From Dehalococcoides mccartyi (lineage in GTDB: Bacteria > Chloroflexota > Dehalococcoidia > UBA2979), in assembly GCA_945865925.1 (NCBI GenBank), contig CAMBFG010000002.1, positions 12,421 through 76,420 on the forward strand: 64,000 nt of DNA, written 5' to 3'. Position numbers and translations under genes: made by a program. The notes below the pieces were generated by a model. The model worked only from the letters and a program-made list of their open reading frames with translations, ran no database searches and was not told the DNA's origin. Shown one piece after another: positions 27,177-37,544 of this stretch. Position 1 is the first letter of the stretch. Each line of letters starts with the position of its first letter.

Positions 27177-28673
27177 GTGATCCGCCGCGCCCGACTGCGC
27201 CTGACGCTCTGGTACAGCGCCGCACTCCTCGTGGTGCTCCTCATGCTGTCCGTGGTCACCTACACCGCTGTGACCCGCACGCTCCGACGCGAACTCGAAG
27301 AAGGCATCTCCAGCGCCGTCACCCAGTGGCTGGAGGTCTCACGACGCCCCCCGGCGCGTCCCGGTGAAGGGCCCGCCGCCCGCGGTCCCGGGTTCAACCT
27401 CCGGCCGAACGCCACACCCTTCACCCGTGCCACATCGACGGCCACACCACTGGCAGCAGCATCCCCGGACGCCACCCCAACCGTAACCGCAGCAGGTGCC
27501 ACAGCCTCGCCGTCCCCGCAGGCCTCGCCCCCAGCTGCGCCAGCGACTGCTGCGCCGCCACGCCCAGCCGGCACGCCTCGTGCCCGCCTCGACCCCCGGC
27601 TCCTGTTCGCCGGAGACACTGCTGACGTCACCGATGTGGGCTCTACCAGCGATGTCTTCCTCCTCGCCTACCGCGCAGACGGCGTGCTGGCAGTCAACCA
27701 GCGGCGGGTGAATCCCGAGGCGATCACGACCTCCGACGCTGTCGCCAAGGCACTGGCCGGTGAAGCTTCGTGGGCGACCGTGCATGACGACGGCGTCAAC
27801 CTCCGCATCCATGCGAGCCCGATCGAGGTTGCAGGGCGTACGGAAGGCGTCGTCGTCGGTGCGCGCAACCTGGACGAGTACGACCGGCAGGTCCGCGCCG
27901 TACTGACCGTCCTGGCGATGGTGGCCGTTGGCGGGGGACTCATGTCCCTGGCGGGCGCCTACCTGTTCGCCGGCCATGCGCTGCAGCCGCTGGAAGAAGC
28001 CTACGGACGCCAGCGCTCGTTCGTCGCGGACGCCTCCCACGAACTGCGTTCCCCCCTTGCTGTCATCCGCGCCTCGGTCGACCTCTTGCTGCGCGAGCCG
28101 CTGCCCGCACCTCACCGCGAGAGCGTGGAGGAGATCCGAGACGTCACGCAGGAGGCTGCCACCCTGATCGACGACCTGCTCGAACTCGCGCATGCCGAGG
28201 AAGGCACGCCCGGCCACGCCGACAGCGATCTTGCTGTTGAGGTATCAGCAGCCATCGAGCAAGTCAGAGCGATCCTCGAACGGCGGAACCACGCGGTGAG
28301 CACCGTGCTCGCCCCGGTCCAGGCCGGAGCGGCGGGCGCGGAAGTCCGTCGCATCGTGCGGGCGCTCCTCGAGAACGTCGCGGCCCATACGCCCGAGGGC
28401 ACGCCCGTCCGCGTGGAGGTCGCCGAGCGCGGCGGCCACGCGATCCTCGCAGTTGAAGATGCCGGCCCCGGGATCCAGGACGGCCAGGAAGCGACCGTCT
28501 TCGAGCGGTTCGCGCGCCTCGACGAGGCACGCACACCCGGCACCGGCCACGGCGCCGGGCTCGGCCTCTCGATCGTACGAGCGCTGGCAGAGCGTCGAGG
28601 TGGCACGGTCAGCGCGTCACGCCCCGCGGACGGCGGCCTGCGCGTCGAGGTCTCGCTCCCCCTCGCGAAGTAG
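27177..28673 (+). CDS. sensor histidine kinase with PT/A-rich periplasmic sensor region
   Basis: Two TMs, H-box HELRSPL, and HATPase G-boxes (GTGHGAGLGLSIV). The GTG start abuts the RR stop. Confidence 0.8.
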   Translation: MIRRARLRLTLWYSAALLVVLLMLSVVTYTAVTRTLRRELEEGISSAVTQWLEVSRRPPARPGEGPAARGPGFNLRPNATPFTRATSTATPLAAASPDATPTVTAAGATASPSPQASPPAAPATAAPPRPAGTPRARLDPRLLFAGDTADVTDVGSTSDVFLLAYRADGVLAVNQRRVNPEAITTSDAVAKALAGEASWATVHDDGVNLRIHASPIEVAGRTEGVVVGARNLDEYDRQVRAVLTVLAMVAVGGGLMSLAGAYLFAGHALQPLEEAYGRQRSFVADASHELRSPLAVIRASVDLLLREPLPAPHRESVEEIRDVTQEAATLIDDLLELAHAEEGTPGHADSDLAVEVSAAIEQVRAILERRNHAVSTVLAPVQAGAAGAEVRRIVRALLENVAAHTPEGTPVRVEVAERGGHAILAVEDAGPGIQDGQEATVFERFARLDEARTPGTGHGAGLGLSIVRALAERRGGTVSASRPADGGLRVEVSLPLAK

Positions 28674-28679
28674 CGCGGG

Positions 28680-29426
28680 TTAAGCGAGCCCGAGCGCCGC
28701 GGGCACAGCGCCCAGCGGGATGCGGCGGCAGGTGAACATCGGCGTGTCGAACAGCGTGTACGCGGACGCCTCGGTGTCGCGCAGTTCACGCACGAGCGCC
28801 AGGAACTGGCCGGGGTCGTTGCCCTCGAAGGCGACCACAAACTCCTGATCGTCCAGCCCGTACGAGTATGTCGTGTTGATCTTGATGTCGTGGTACTTGT
28901 GGCCGATGGCGATGTGCTCGTCCATCATCCGCTGCCGTTCCGCCGCAGACTGCGCGTACCAGGCTCGCGTCTTCGCCATCGGGTAGACGAACAGGAACTC
29001 GTCCGTCCCGCCGTCCGTGCGCAGCCGCTCCCGCGACGTGGCGCCCTCATGCTGGGGGTTCGTGTACAGCGACCGCATGGTCATCGACAGATACGAGCGC
29101 GGTACGTCCAGCCACGCACCCACGGAGGACGCTCGCAGCGCCTCGTGCCAGTCCATCACCACGCGCAGGTCGTCGTGTACCTGCCACAGCAGCACGTCCA
29201 CGTCACCGCGCGTCCCCGCCGTGGTGTAGGCGCGCGTCAGCATCGCTTCGCCGGAGGCATCGAGATGACCGAGCAGCGTCTCCGCGAGCGCGGCTCGTTC
29301 CATCTGCGGCAACCGGCGTGCCTCGCCGGGCATCTTGAAGAACGTGAACTTCACACTCTGGACGCCGCGCGGCGTCCGAGGCGCCTGGCCGTCCGTCTGC
29401 GCCGGTCGATGGGTGTCGGTGGTCAT
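28680..29426 (-). CDS. hemQ: coproheme decarboxylase (HemQ/ChdC, chlorite-dismutase family)
   Basis: Cld-family fold of 248 aa (FTFFKMPGE...DEHIAIGHKYHDIKINTTYSYGLDDQEFVVAFEG). Its start overlaps the upstream gene's stop by ATGA. Confidence 0.8.
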   Translation of the reverse strand: MTTDTHRPAQTDGQAPRTPRGVQSVKFTFFKMPGEARRLPQMERAALAETLLGHLDASGEAMLTRAYTTAGTRGDVDVLLWQVHDDLRVVMDWHEALRASSVGAWLDVPRSYLSMTMRSLYTNPQHEGATSRERLRTDGGTDEFLFVYPMAKTRAWYAQSAAERQRMMDEHIAIGHKYHDIKINTTYSYGLDDQEFVVAFEGNDPGQFLALVRELRDTEASAYTLFDTPMFTCRRIPLGAVPAALGLA

Positions 29427-30493
29427 GCCGTCACCTCGGATGCCGCGGCGACGCAGAGCGCCTCCCAGTGGTCGTATGCGTCGATGAAATAGGGGAGGCG
29501 GATCTTCTTGTACTCGGTGGTCGAATAGAGGACCTGATAGTCCGTAATGCCCACCTCGCGGCTGATCGCCAGCGCCGTCTCCTCCACCCCCGCCACCTTC
29601 TGGTGGTGGATCATCGAGAAGACGGAGTACGGCCAGTCCGGGTACGTCGGCCGCTCGTAGCAGTGCGAGACGTTGCGGTAGCCCGCGACGAAGCGGCCCA
29701 CCTCCGGGATGCGCTCCGCAGGCACCTGCCACACGGCCATGCCGTTCGCACGGAAGCCTGCCTGCCGATGGTTGAGGATCGCCGCGAACCGTCGCAAGAA
29801 CCCGCGCTCCGCGAGGCGTCCTGCACGCTCGAGGACGGTCGCGACGTCGCAACCGAGCGCGCGCGCGACCGGCGCGAACGGCTCCGGGATGTCCTCGAAG
29901 TCGCCCTGCGTCGCCCGGATGAACTCGATGTCCTCCGCCGTCAGCGCGCCGCCGAGGGCGTGGTTCCGCCGCTCCTGCGTGTACTCGGGCTCCCCACGAG
30001 CATCGACGGCACGCGTCGCAGTCATGTCGAGGGTGACGCCGATCTTGAATAGGTGGAGCGTGGGCATCTCCCGGGTGGAGTCCGCACCAGCGAGGTCGTG
30101 CAACCGCTGGATGACCGCGCTGAGGTCGTGCCCGGGCGGCATCGCGACGGTGAACCAGAGGTTGAACGCGTGGTTGCGCCGGTAGTTGTGCGAGACGCCG
30201 GGGTGCGCATTCACCACGCGGGCCGCGTGAGCGAGGCGTTCCACCGGCACCTGCATCGCGACCAGCGCGGAGGAGTACCCGAGCGCTTTCGTGTCATAGA
30301 TCGCGCAGATCTGGCGCACCACGCCCACCGCCCGCGCCTCGCGCAGCCGGTCGAGCACCTCGGCCTCCCCCATGTCGAGGCGCGCACCCATCGCGGCATA
30401 CGGCCGCGGGTCGAGCGGGAACGCTTCCTGCATCACATCGAGGAGTGCGCGGGTGCGCTCGTCCAGCCCGGGCTTCGCAGCGGTCGTGGTCAT
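29423..30493 (-). CDS. ahbAB: fused siroheme decarboxylase AhbA/AhbB (NirD/NirL/NirG/NirH family)
   Basis: Two tandem Lrp/AsnC-like HTH-plus-effector halves, each with the family motif (GVSHNYRRNHAFNLWF and NVSHCYERPTYPDWPYSVFSMIHH). Confidence 0.75.
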   Translation of the reverse strand: MTTTAAKPGLDERTRALLDVMQEAFPLDPRPYAAMGARLDMGEAEVLDRLREARAVGVVRQICAIYDTKALGYSSALVAMQVPVERLAHAARVVNAHPGVSHNYRRNHAFNLWFTVAMPPGHDLSAVIQRLHDLAGADSTREMPTLHLFKIGVTLDMTATRAVDARGEPEYTQERRNHALGGALTAEDIEFIRATQGDFEDIPEPFAPVARALGCDVATVLERAGRLAERGFLRRFAAILNHRQAGFRANGMAVWQVPAERIPEVGRFVAGYRNVSHCYERPTYPDWPYSVFSMIHHQKVAGVEETALAISREVGITDYQVLYSTTEYKKIRLPYFIDAYDHWEALCVAAASEVTA

Positions 30494-31485
30494 GGCGTCA
30501 CCTCTACCGGCAGTCCGTAGTTGCTCGCATACAGCCGCTCGATCGCCTCGGCCTGCGCGTCGAGGATCGGCAGCGCGTCCGAGGCGGCCGCGAACTCCTC
30601 GAGTTGCGCGACGTCGTAGACATTGGGAAGCGCAGAGACGACCGAGGGCGAGCGCAGCACGAAGCGCAGCGCCACCTGGCCCAACGTGCAGCCGTTCTCC
30701 TGCTCCAGGAAGCGCAGGCGCTCGACCTTCTGGACACCCTCGATCAGCCACGTGCGCGGCCGGTGGCGGCGGTGGTCGCCCTCCGGGAAGACGGTGTCGG
30801 CGGTGTAGCGGCCCTCGAGCATCCCCGACGAATGAGGCACACGGACGACGAGGCTCTTCCCCATCCGCCCGGTGGCCTCGATCAGTGCGCGGCCGGGATC
30901 GAGTTCGAGCGCGTTGTAGATCATCTGCACGGCGTCGACGGGCAGGGACCCGAGGGCGTACCGGCCCTCCTCCGCCCACCCGATCGCCGGCCCGAGGGCG
31001 ACGCCGACCGCGCGCACTTTCCCCGCACGCCTCGCGCGCTCGACGAACGACCAGACGTCGTCGTCCAGCAGGTGTGCCATCCGGGGGTTGTGCATCTGGT
31101 AGAGGTCGATGTGGTCGGTGCCGAGGCGACGGAGCGAGGCGTCCAGCGATGCCTCCAGGAACGGCACGTCGAAGCGGTGGGGCGCCTCGCGGTGCCCGGC
31201 GTCCGAGGCGTCTCGCGACTGCCAGTCGTAGCCGAACTTCGCGCCGATGGTGATCCGGTCGCGAGCACTGCCCGGGAACGCGTACGCGAGGAGCGTCTCG
31301 CCTCGACCGTTGCCATACGTATCGGCGGTGTCGAGGAAGGTGACGCCGAGGTCCACGGCGCGGTGCAGCATGGCTGCCGCTTCGTCGTCGCTGTGGTCAC
31401 CCCACCACCCGGCGGCCAGCGTCCAGACGCCGAACCCGATCTCAGAGACCCGTACGCCTGTCCCAGCGATCTCGCGCGTCTGCAT
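30490..31485 (-). CDS. aldo/keto reductase
   Basis: AKR fold (IGFGVWTL, YGNGRGE, DLYQMHNP). Its stop overlaps the ahbAB start. Confidence 0.75.
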   Translation of the reverse strand: MQTREIAGTGVRVSEIGFGVWTLAAGWWGDHSDDEAAAMLHRAVDLGVTFLDTADTYGNGRGETLLAYAFPGSARDRITIGAKFGYDWQSRDASDAGHREAPHRFDVPFLEASLDASLRRLGTDHIDLYQMHNPRMAHLLDDDVWSFVERARRAGKVRAVGVALGPAIGWAEEGRYALGSLPVDAVQMIYNALELDPGRALIEATGRMGKSLVVRVPHSSGMLEGRYTADTVFPEGDHRRHRPRTWLIEGVQKVERLRFLEQENGCTLGQVALRFVLRSPSVVSALPNVYDVAQLEEFAAASDALPILDAQAEAIERLYASNYGLPVEVTP

Positions 31486-31644
31486 CTGCGCCTCCATCCG
31501 GCGCAGCGAGCGTCCGCGCCACAACATCGAGGCACAACGCCAGAATCGCGTGCGTCCGCGCACGCTTCGACAGATTCACGCAGGAAAGTTGGCGCTCGAA
31601 GTCGCGCGACGTCGTCGAGGTATGCGCGGAAAAGCGCAGGTTCG

Positions 31645-32688
31645 CTACGCCCTCGCAGCCTCGACGGCAGCAAGCAGCGCGGACGCCACCTCGTCACACC
31701 GAGTCGCGGGCGGCACCGCCACGCGCACCCATTCGGGCAGCCCGAACGACGAGGCATCCCGAACGACGATGCGCCGTCCCAGGAGCGCCGTGCGCACGCG
31801 CCTCGCGTCCCCGACGTGTACCAACAGGAAGTTCGCCACACCCGGCGCGACGGCCCGCCCAGCGGCCTCCCAGCGGGCGCGCAGCACCTCGCGCGTCTCG
31901 CGCATCGACGCGAGGGCGGCCCGTCGTGCCTCATGCTGCGAGGCGGCCACAATGCCCGCCGCGATCGAGGGTGCATCGAGCGCCCACGAGTGCTGGAGGC
32001 TGGCGAGCAGCGCGATGACGGGCGGTGCCGCCACGACATACCCGAGGCGCAACCCGGGGACGGCATGCAGTTTGGTCATCGAATGCACGGTCACCACGTT
32101 CGCGTTCGAGCGGGCGAGGTCCGACGCGAACGGCGCGCGGTCGGCGAATGGCTCGTACGCAGCGTCGATGACCACCGTCCCACCGGAGACCTCGGCAGCC
32201 TGCAGCACCTCGGCACGCGTCAGGTCGCGTCCGGTCGGATTGTCGGGAATGCAGAGGAACGTGACGGCCGCGCGAGGCAACGCGGCGACATCGAGGTGGA
32301 ACGCCGGCGGCGTGACTGGCACCTCGATGACGGCCGCGCCTGCGGAGCGTGCAGCGGCGGCGTACTCGCCGAAGGCTGGGGGCACGACGGCGGCGCGATC
32401 GCCCGTCTTGAGCAGCGCGCGCGCAATGAGGTGGATCGCCGCCGTCCCGCCCGGCGTCGGCAGTACGGTCGCCGGGTCGAGGCCGTGAGCACGCGCGATC
32501 GCCTCACGGAGGGGAAGCGCCTCGGCGTGTGGGTAGCGGTCGAGGCGCACCGAGCGGGCGGCTTCGATCACAGCGGGGTCAGGGCCGTCCGGGTGGAGGT
32601 TCGCGGAAAGGTCGAGGACATCGAGCGCACTGAGGCCCAGCGCGGCGAGTTCGGCGTCCTGTGCCCCACCGTGCTCGACGCCACTCAC
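31645..32688 (-). CDS. cobD: HisC-family PLP aminotransferase, probable threonine-phosphate decarboxylase CobD (start uncertain; ATG at 32721 is also possible)
   Basis: Class-I/II aminotransferase fold with the DLSANLHPDGP N-motif, adjacent to and overlapping cbiB. Confidence 0.6.
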   Translation of the reverse strand: MSGVEHGGAQDAELAALGLSALDVLDLSANLHPDGPDPAVIEAARSVRLDRYPHAEALPLREAIARAHGLDPATVLPTPGGTAAIHLIARALLKTGDRAAVVPPAFGEYAAAARSAGAAVIEVPVTPPAFHLDVAALPRAAVTFLCIPDNPTGRDLTRAEVLQAAEVSGGTVVIDAAYEPFADRAPFASDLARSNANVVTVHSMTKLHAVPGLRLGYVVAAPPVIALLASLQHSWALDAPSIAAGIVAASQHEARRAALASMRETREVLRARWEAAGRAVAPGVANFLLVHVGDARRVRTALLGRRIVVRDASSFGLPEWVRVAVPPATRCDEVASALLAAVEAARA

Positions 32689-33629
32689 CGCCCACCTCGT
32701 ACGGCGATGACGCCGAGGCACATCGCCGCCAGCACCAGCGAGGCCTCACGGGCCACACTCACCGCTGCGCGGATATCGGTGGCGTCTGCCGAGCGGAACT
32801 CGGCGCCCAGTTCGTAGTGGCCTCGCTTGGTCAGGTTCACGCCGAGCGCGCCGGCCATCGCCGCCATCGGGTGCCCCGCGTTCGGGCTCTCGGTCTGGCC
32901 AGCGTCGCGGCGCCACACCTCGAATGCCGCATGGCCACGACCCGTCCGATGGTGCGCGGCCGCGCAGATCGCGACCGCCGCCACACGCGCTGGTACGAGA
33001 TTCGCGAGGTCATCGAGGCGCGCCGCCGCCCAGCCGAACTCGGCGTAGCGCTCGGTGCGGTAGCCCCAGAGGGAATCGAGGGTGTTCAGCGCGCGGTAGA
33101 CCCAGGCGCCGCCCGACCCCGCCACCGCGAACGCGAGCCACGGACCCGCCACACCGTCGCCGAGATTCTCCGCGACCGACTCGATCGCCGCGCCTGCCAC
33201 CTCGCCCGCGTGGAGGTCGCGTGTATCGCGGCTGACGAGGTGGTAGCCAAGCAAACGACGCGCCTGGTCAAGATCGCCAGCGTCGAGAGCGTCAGCAACC
33301 TCGGTGGCCCGACGCATGAGCGTGCGCTGCGCGCTCGCGAGCGCCAGCGCTGAGGCCGCCGCCAGCACACGCCCACCCGGACGTACCCGCCCAGTCGCCT
33401 CGAAGGCCGCGGCGAGGACACCAGCGGCGATCGGAATGCCGAGGGCACCCGCAATGCCAGCAACCCGAGGTCGGGAGGAGCCGTGTACCGCACCCTCGAA
33501 GGCCCGGGCGAGGAGGCCGAGCGCACGCACGGGATGCACGACGCTCGGCGGGTCGCCGAGGAGCGCGTCCCCACCGGCGCCGAGCACAAAGGCAGCCATG
33601 CGCCGTGCGCGTTTCATGGAGGATTTCAT
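32685..33629 (-). CDS. cbiB: adenosylcobinamide-phosphate synthase
   Basis: CbiB/CobD membrane protein family similarity throughout. Confidence 0.8.
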   Translation of the reverse strand: MKSSMKRARRMAAFVLGAGGDALLGDPPSVVHPVRALGLLARAFEGAVHGSSRPRVAGIAGALGIPIAAGVLAAAFEATGRVRPGGRVLAAASALALASAQRTLMRRATEVADALDAGDLDQARRLLGYHLVSRDTRDLHAGEVAGAAIESVAENLGDGVAGPWLAFAVAGSGGAWVYRALNTLDSLWGYRTERYAEFGWAAARLDDLANLVPARVAAVAICAAAHHRTGRGHAAFEVWRRDAGQTESPNAGHPMAAMAGALGVNLTKRGHYELGAEFRSADATDIRAAVSVAREASLVLAAMCLGVIAVRGGR

Positions 33630-33804
33630 GGTGGAAGGGTACCCGCAGCGCGCAGTGCGCCCTACCGGAGCATCACCCCGGAGAGCAGCGCGCCCACCCT
33701 GGTCAGCAGCGCCTGCGTGGAGCCCACAAGGCGCTGGATGCTGCGCGCGACGCTCGGCTCCGGCTCGTCACCCCGAGAATCGCTGTCTGGCGACCGGCCC
33801 TGAC

Positions 33805-34827
33805 CTAAACGTACTTCGCGAACCACGCCAGCGTGTCAGCCCACGCTCTCGTCGCCTGCACCTCGTTGAAGGAGCCGCCGGTGTCGTTGTGGAACGCGTG
33901 CCCGACACCCGGGTAGATCGTGATCTGGTTCACGATGCCCGCCGCAGCCATCGCGGTGCGGAGGCCCTCAGCACTCCCGGTGATGCGGGTGTCGTTCTCG
34001 GCGTACACCCCGAGCATCGCCGCCTTCATGTTCTTCACGGTTGCGAGGTCCGGCGCAGGGCCGTAGTACGGCGCGACCGCCTTCAACTCCGGGATCTGGG
34101 TCGCGGCGGCCCAGCTGATGCCGCCACCGAAGCAATACCCCGTCATCCCGATGCGCTTCGCGTCCACGCCCTCGACCGTGCCGAGGTATTTGAGACCGGC
34201 GGCGAAGTCGGCGACATGGCGGTCAGTACCCGCGCCGGTGAGCAGGCCGGGCACCTGGTCCGGGTCGCGGCTTGGCGTCCCGCCCTCGCGCGCGAGCAGG
34301 TCGACGGCGAGCGCGACGTAGCCTTCCTTCGCGAAGCGGCGCGCAACGTCACGGATGTGCACCGTCAGCCCTCGGTTCTCGTGACAGACCAGGATGGCGC
34401 GCATCCCCGCGGTCGCCTTCGCGGGTTTCGCGAGGTAGCCACCAGCCTGTGCCGCGCCAGCGGGGAACTTCACGTCCGAACCGATGACGGCCGGGTCGCC
34501 CTCCGGAACCGAGAGCTTGCTCTTGGCGCCCACGACCGGGACGAGGACGGCCGCGGCGGTCGGGCTAGTGGTAGCAGCAGCCTTCGGGACTTCCGTGGTG
34601 GCGGGCGTGACCGCCTTCGGCATCGGCTCGTCTTTCGCGGGCAACTCGTCGTTGGAGCAGCCGAGCGCGAGCATCGCCGTAGCCGTCGCAGCCATCGAGC
34701 CGGTGACGAACGCCACCTTGCGGATGAACGTGCGCCGGTTGATCTCGCCCTCGCGCCAGTCGTCGTAGAACTCTTCGACGAGGTAACGCTCGAACTTCCC
34801 GAGGTTGGTGTTGCTGAGATCGCTCAT
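33805..34827 (-). CDS. dienelactone hydrolase family protein, Tat-exported lipoprotein with long N-region
   Basis: NRRTFIRK twin-arginine motif, h-region plus Cys, PT-rich linker, DLH fold with GYCFGG nucleophile motif. C-terminus LAWFAKYV matches the paralogue at 43038-43709. Confidence 0.7.
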   Translation of the reverse strand: MSDLSNTNLGKFERYLVEEFYDDWREGEINRRTFIRKVAFVTGSMAATATAMLALGCSNDELPAKDEPMPKAVTPATTEVPKAAATTSPTAAAVLVPVVGAKSKLSVPEGDPAVIGSDVKFPAGAAQAGGYLAKPAKATAGMRAILVCHENRGLTVHIRDVARRFAKEGYVALAVDLLAREGGTPSRDPDQVPGLLTGAGTDRHVADFAAGLKYLGTVEGVDAKRIGMTGYCFGGGISWAAATQIPELKAVAPYYGPAPDLATVKNMKAAMLGVYAENDTRITGSAEGLRTAMAAAGIVNQITIYPGVGHAFHNDTGGSFNEVQATRAWADTLAWFAKYV

Positions 34828-34949
34828 CGTGTGTCCTCCCTATGCGGTATCAATCCGCGGACACGTTCAAGCCTACAAGTTGTGAGGCGCCCATGTGTGA
34901 AGCCGCGGTGCGTAGTTATGTCGCGGCGCTGGCCGTCGAGCGGTACTGA

Positions 34950-36459
34950 CTACGAGTCCCAGTTGAGCGTGCGCTCCACTGCCCGTCCCCATCGCGCCGC
35001 CTCGCGATCGCGATCCGCGGCCGCGATCCGCGGCCGCGATCCGCGGCTCAAACACCGTGACCCCACCAGCATCGAGGCTGGCGAACTCCTCGAGGCTCCC
35101 CCACACGCCGGCGGCGATCCCGGCGAGGCCGGCCGCACCAAAGGCGGTGACTTCAAGCTCGGCCGGGCGATGGACGGGGATGCCGAGGAGGTCCGCCTGG
35201 ATCTGCATCAGCAGGTCGTCGCGGCAGGCGCCGCCATCGACGCGTAACGCGGACAGCGGCGCACCCGCATCGGCAGCGAGGCACTCGATGACTTCGCGGC
35301 TCTGGTGCGCGATCGCGTCGAGCGCCGCGCGTGCGATGTGGGCGCGCGAGGTGCCACGCGTCATGCCGAACAGCGCGCCGCGCGCCGATTCGTCCCAGTG
35401 CGGCGCCCCGAGACCCGTGAATGCTGGCACCAGCACCACGCCACCACTGTCCGGCACCGAAGCGGCCAGCGCCTCGACCTCCGCCGCCGTCGTGATGATG
35501 CCGAGGCCGTCACGCAGCCACTGCACGGTGGAGCCGCCGGAGAACACGCTGCCTTCAAGGGCGTAGGCAGGCGGCGCACCCTGCACGCGGGCAGCCACGG
35601 TGGTGAGCAGGCCTCGGTGGCTAGGGACGGCGCGGTCACCCGTGTGCATCAGCAGGAAGCAGCCGGTGCCATAGGTGTTCTTCGCCGCACCAGGCGTGGT
35701 GCAGCGCTGTCCGAAGAGTGCCGCCTGCTGGTCTCCCGCCACCCCGCGGATCGGGATCGCAGCACCCAGCCACGAGGCGTCCGCCTCGCCGAAGTCGCCT
35801 GATGACAGGCGGACGTCCGGCAACAGCGCGCGCGGAACATCGAGGGCCGCGAGCAAGGTGTCGTCCCACGCGTGCGTGTGGATGTTCCACAGCATCGTGC
35901 GGCTGGCGTTCGTCTCGTCCGTCGCGTGGACGCGTCCGCCGGTCAGCCGCCAGAGCAGCCACGAGTCCACCGTGCCAAACGCGAGTTCGCCCGCAGCGGC
36001 CCGCGCCTGGGCCTCTGGGACGGCATCCAGAATGAAGCGCACCTTCGTCGCACTGAAGTAAGCGTCGATCACGAGGCCGGTGCGCGCCCGCACCTCCTCG
36101 GTCAGGTCGCGCGCGCGCAGGTCATCGCAGATCGAGGCGGTCTGGCGAGACTGCCACACGATGGCGGGGTAAATCGGTCGCCCGGTGGCGCGCTCCCAGA
36201 CGAGCGCCGTCTCTCGCTGGTTCGTGATGCCGATGGCGGCGACCTCGGATGCCTGGATGGCCGCCCTCGCGAGGACACCGCGAGCGGCGGCCAACTGACT
36301 CTCCCAGATCGCCTCGGGGTCGTGCTCCACCCAGCCGGGGCGCGGGTAGGACTGCGGGAACTCCCGCTGGTCGACGGCGACGGCGCGCCCCTGCTCGTCG
36401 AACAGGATCGCGCGCGACGATGTGGTGCCCTGATCCAGCGCGAGGACGTACCGGCTCAT
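34950..36459 (-). CDS. glpK: glycerol kinase; C-terminal 26 codons displaced into another frame by a 13-bp tandem repeat (the annotated ORF reads through to 34873 with an aberrant tail)
   Basis: [10 protein letters not shown]-motif and GlpK similarity throughout. The authentic C-terminus ...[16 protein letters not shown] is encoded in the -1 frame, ending at 34950. Confidence 0.8.
35011..35049. repeat. 13-bp tandem repeat (cgatccgcggccg) x3: two perfect copies and one partial
   Basis: 35011-35023, 35024-35036 and 35037-35047. The unit length is not a multiple of 3, so a change in copy number shifts the glpK reading frame. Confidence 0.85.
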
Positions 36460-36530
36460 GCGTGCGCGATCCCTCCGCCGGGATGCGCGATGATGCTCGC
36501 ACCGGCTGGCGCGGATGATAGGAGCCCGGG

Positions 36531-37544
36531 ATGCCCGAGGGCGACGCGAGCACGCGCGCAGACCTCGATGCTCGCGCGGGCGAGATTGAGTCCGCCGTGC
36601 GCATCCTGCGCGCCGGTGGCCTCGTCGCCATCCCCACGGAGACTGTCTACGGGCTGGCGGCGGACGCCTCCAACCCCGCCGCTCTCCGACGGCTGTACGA
36701 GGTGAAAGGCCGCCCGCTCGGCCACCCCGTCATCGTGCATATCGCGGGCATCGAGGCGCTCCCGCACTGGGCCGCACGCGTGTCCGAAGACGCCCGACGG
36801 CTCGCCGAGACGTGCTGGCCTGGTCCGCTCACGCTCGTGCTGCCTCGTACCTCGGCTGCTGTCGATGAGGTCACTGGCGGCCTCGACACTGTGGGCCTGC
36901 GCGTCCCTAACCACCCGCTCGCCCTCGCCCTCCTCCGGGCGTTCGAGGGCGGGCTGGCGGCACCGTCCGCCAACCGCTTCGGTCGTGTCTCACCCACGAC
37001 CGCCGAGGATGTGCGCGCCGACCTCGGCAGCGACGTAGACCTTGTGCTGGACGGCGGGCCGTGTGGCGTCGGCGTGGAGTCGACGATCGTCGACTGCAGC
37101 GAGGAGGGCGCACCGCCGGTGATCCTGCGCCCGGGAGGCCTCACGGCCGAGCGCATCGAGGCGATCCTCGGGCACCCGGTGCGCCAGACATCGGAGGGGC
37201 CGAGCCGCGCGCCCGGGATGCTGCCTGCGCACTACGCACCGCATGCGCGAGTCCTGGTCGTCGAGGACCTCGAGGCCGCCCGCGCCGAGGCGACGGCACG
37301 TGTCGCCGCCGGAGAGCGCGCGGGCTTGCTCACGGCCGCCGCCATGACGGCACCGTCGGGGGTGATGGCCCTCGTCGCGGGCGCCACCGCCGAGGCGTAC
37401 GCGACGACGCTCTACGACCGCCTCCGCGAGGCCGACCGGCTCGGCCTCGATGTCCTCGTGGTGGTACCGCCCGCCGCGGTGGGCGTCGGCGTGGCGGTGC
37501 GCGACCGGCTGGCGCGGGCGGCGGCGGGCAGCGCGCGAGGCTAG
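36531..37544 (+). CDS. L-threonylcarbamoyladenylate synthase (Sua5/TsaC, with C-terminal Sua5 domain)
   Basis: YrdC motif [20 protein letters not shown], and the Sua5 C-domain. Confidence 0.85.
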   Translation: MPEGDASTRADLDARAGEIESAVRILRAGGLVAIPTETVYGLAADASNPAALRRLYEVKGRPLGHPVIVHIAGIEALPHWAARVSEDARRLAETCWPGPLTLVLPRTSAAVDEVTGGLDTVGLRVPNHPLALALLRAFEGGLAAPSANRFGRVSPTTAEDVRADLGSDVDLVLDGGPCGVGVESTIVDCSEEGAPPVILRPGGLTAERIEAILGHPVRQTSEGPSRAPGMLPAHYAPHARVLVVEDLEAARAEATARVAAGERAGLLTAAAMTAPSGVMALVAGATAEAYATTLYDRLREADRLGLDVLVVVPPAAVGVGVAVRDRLARAAAGSARG

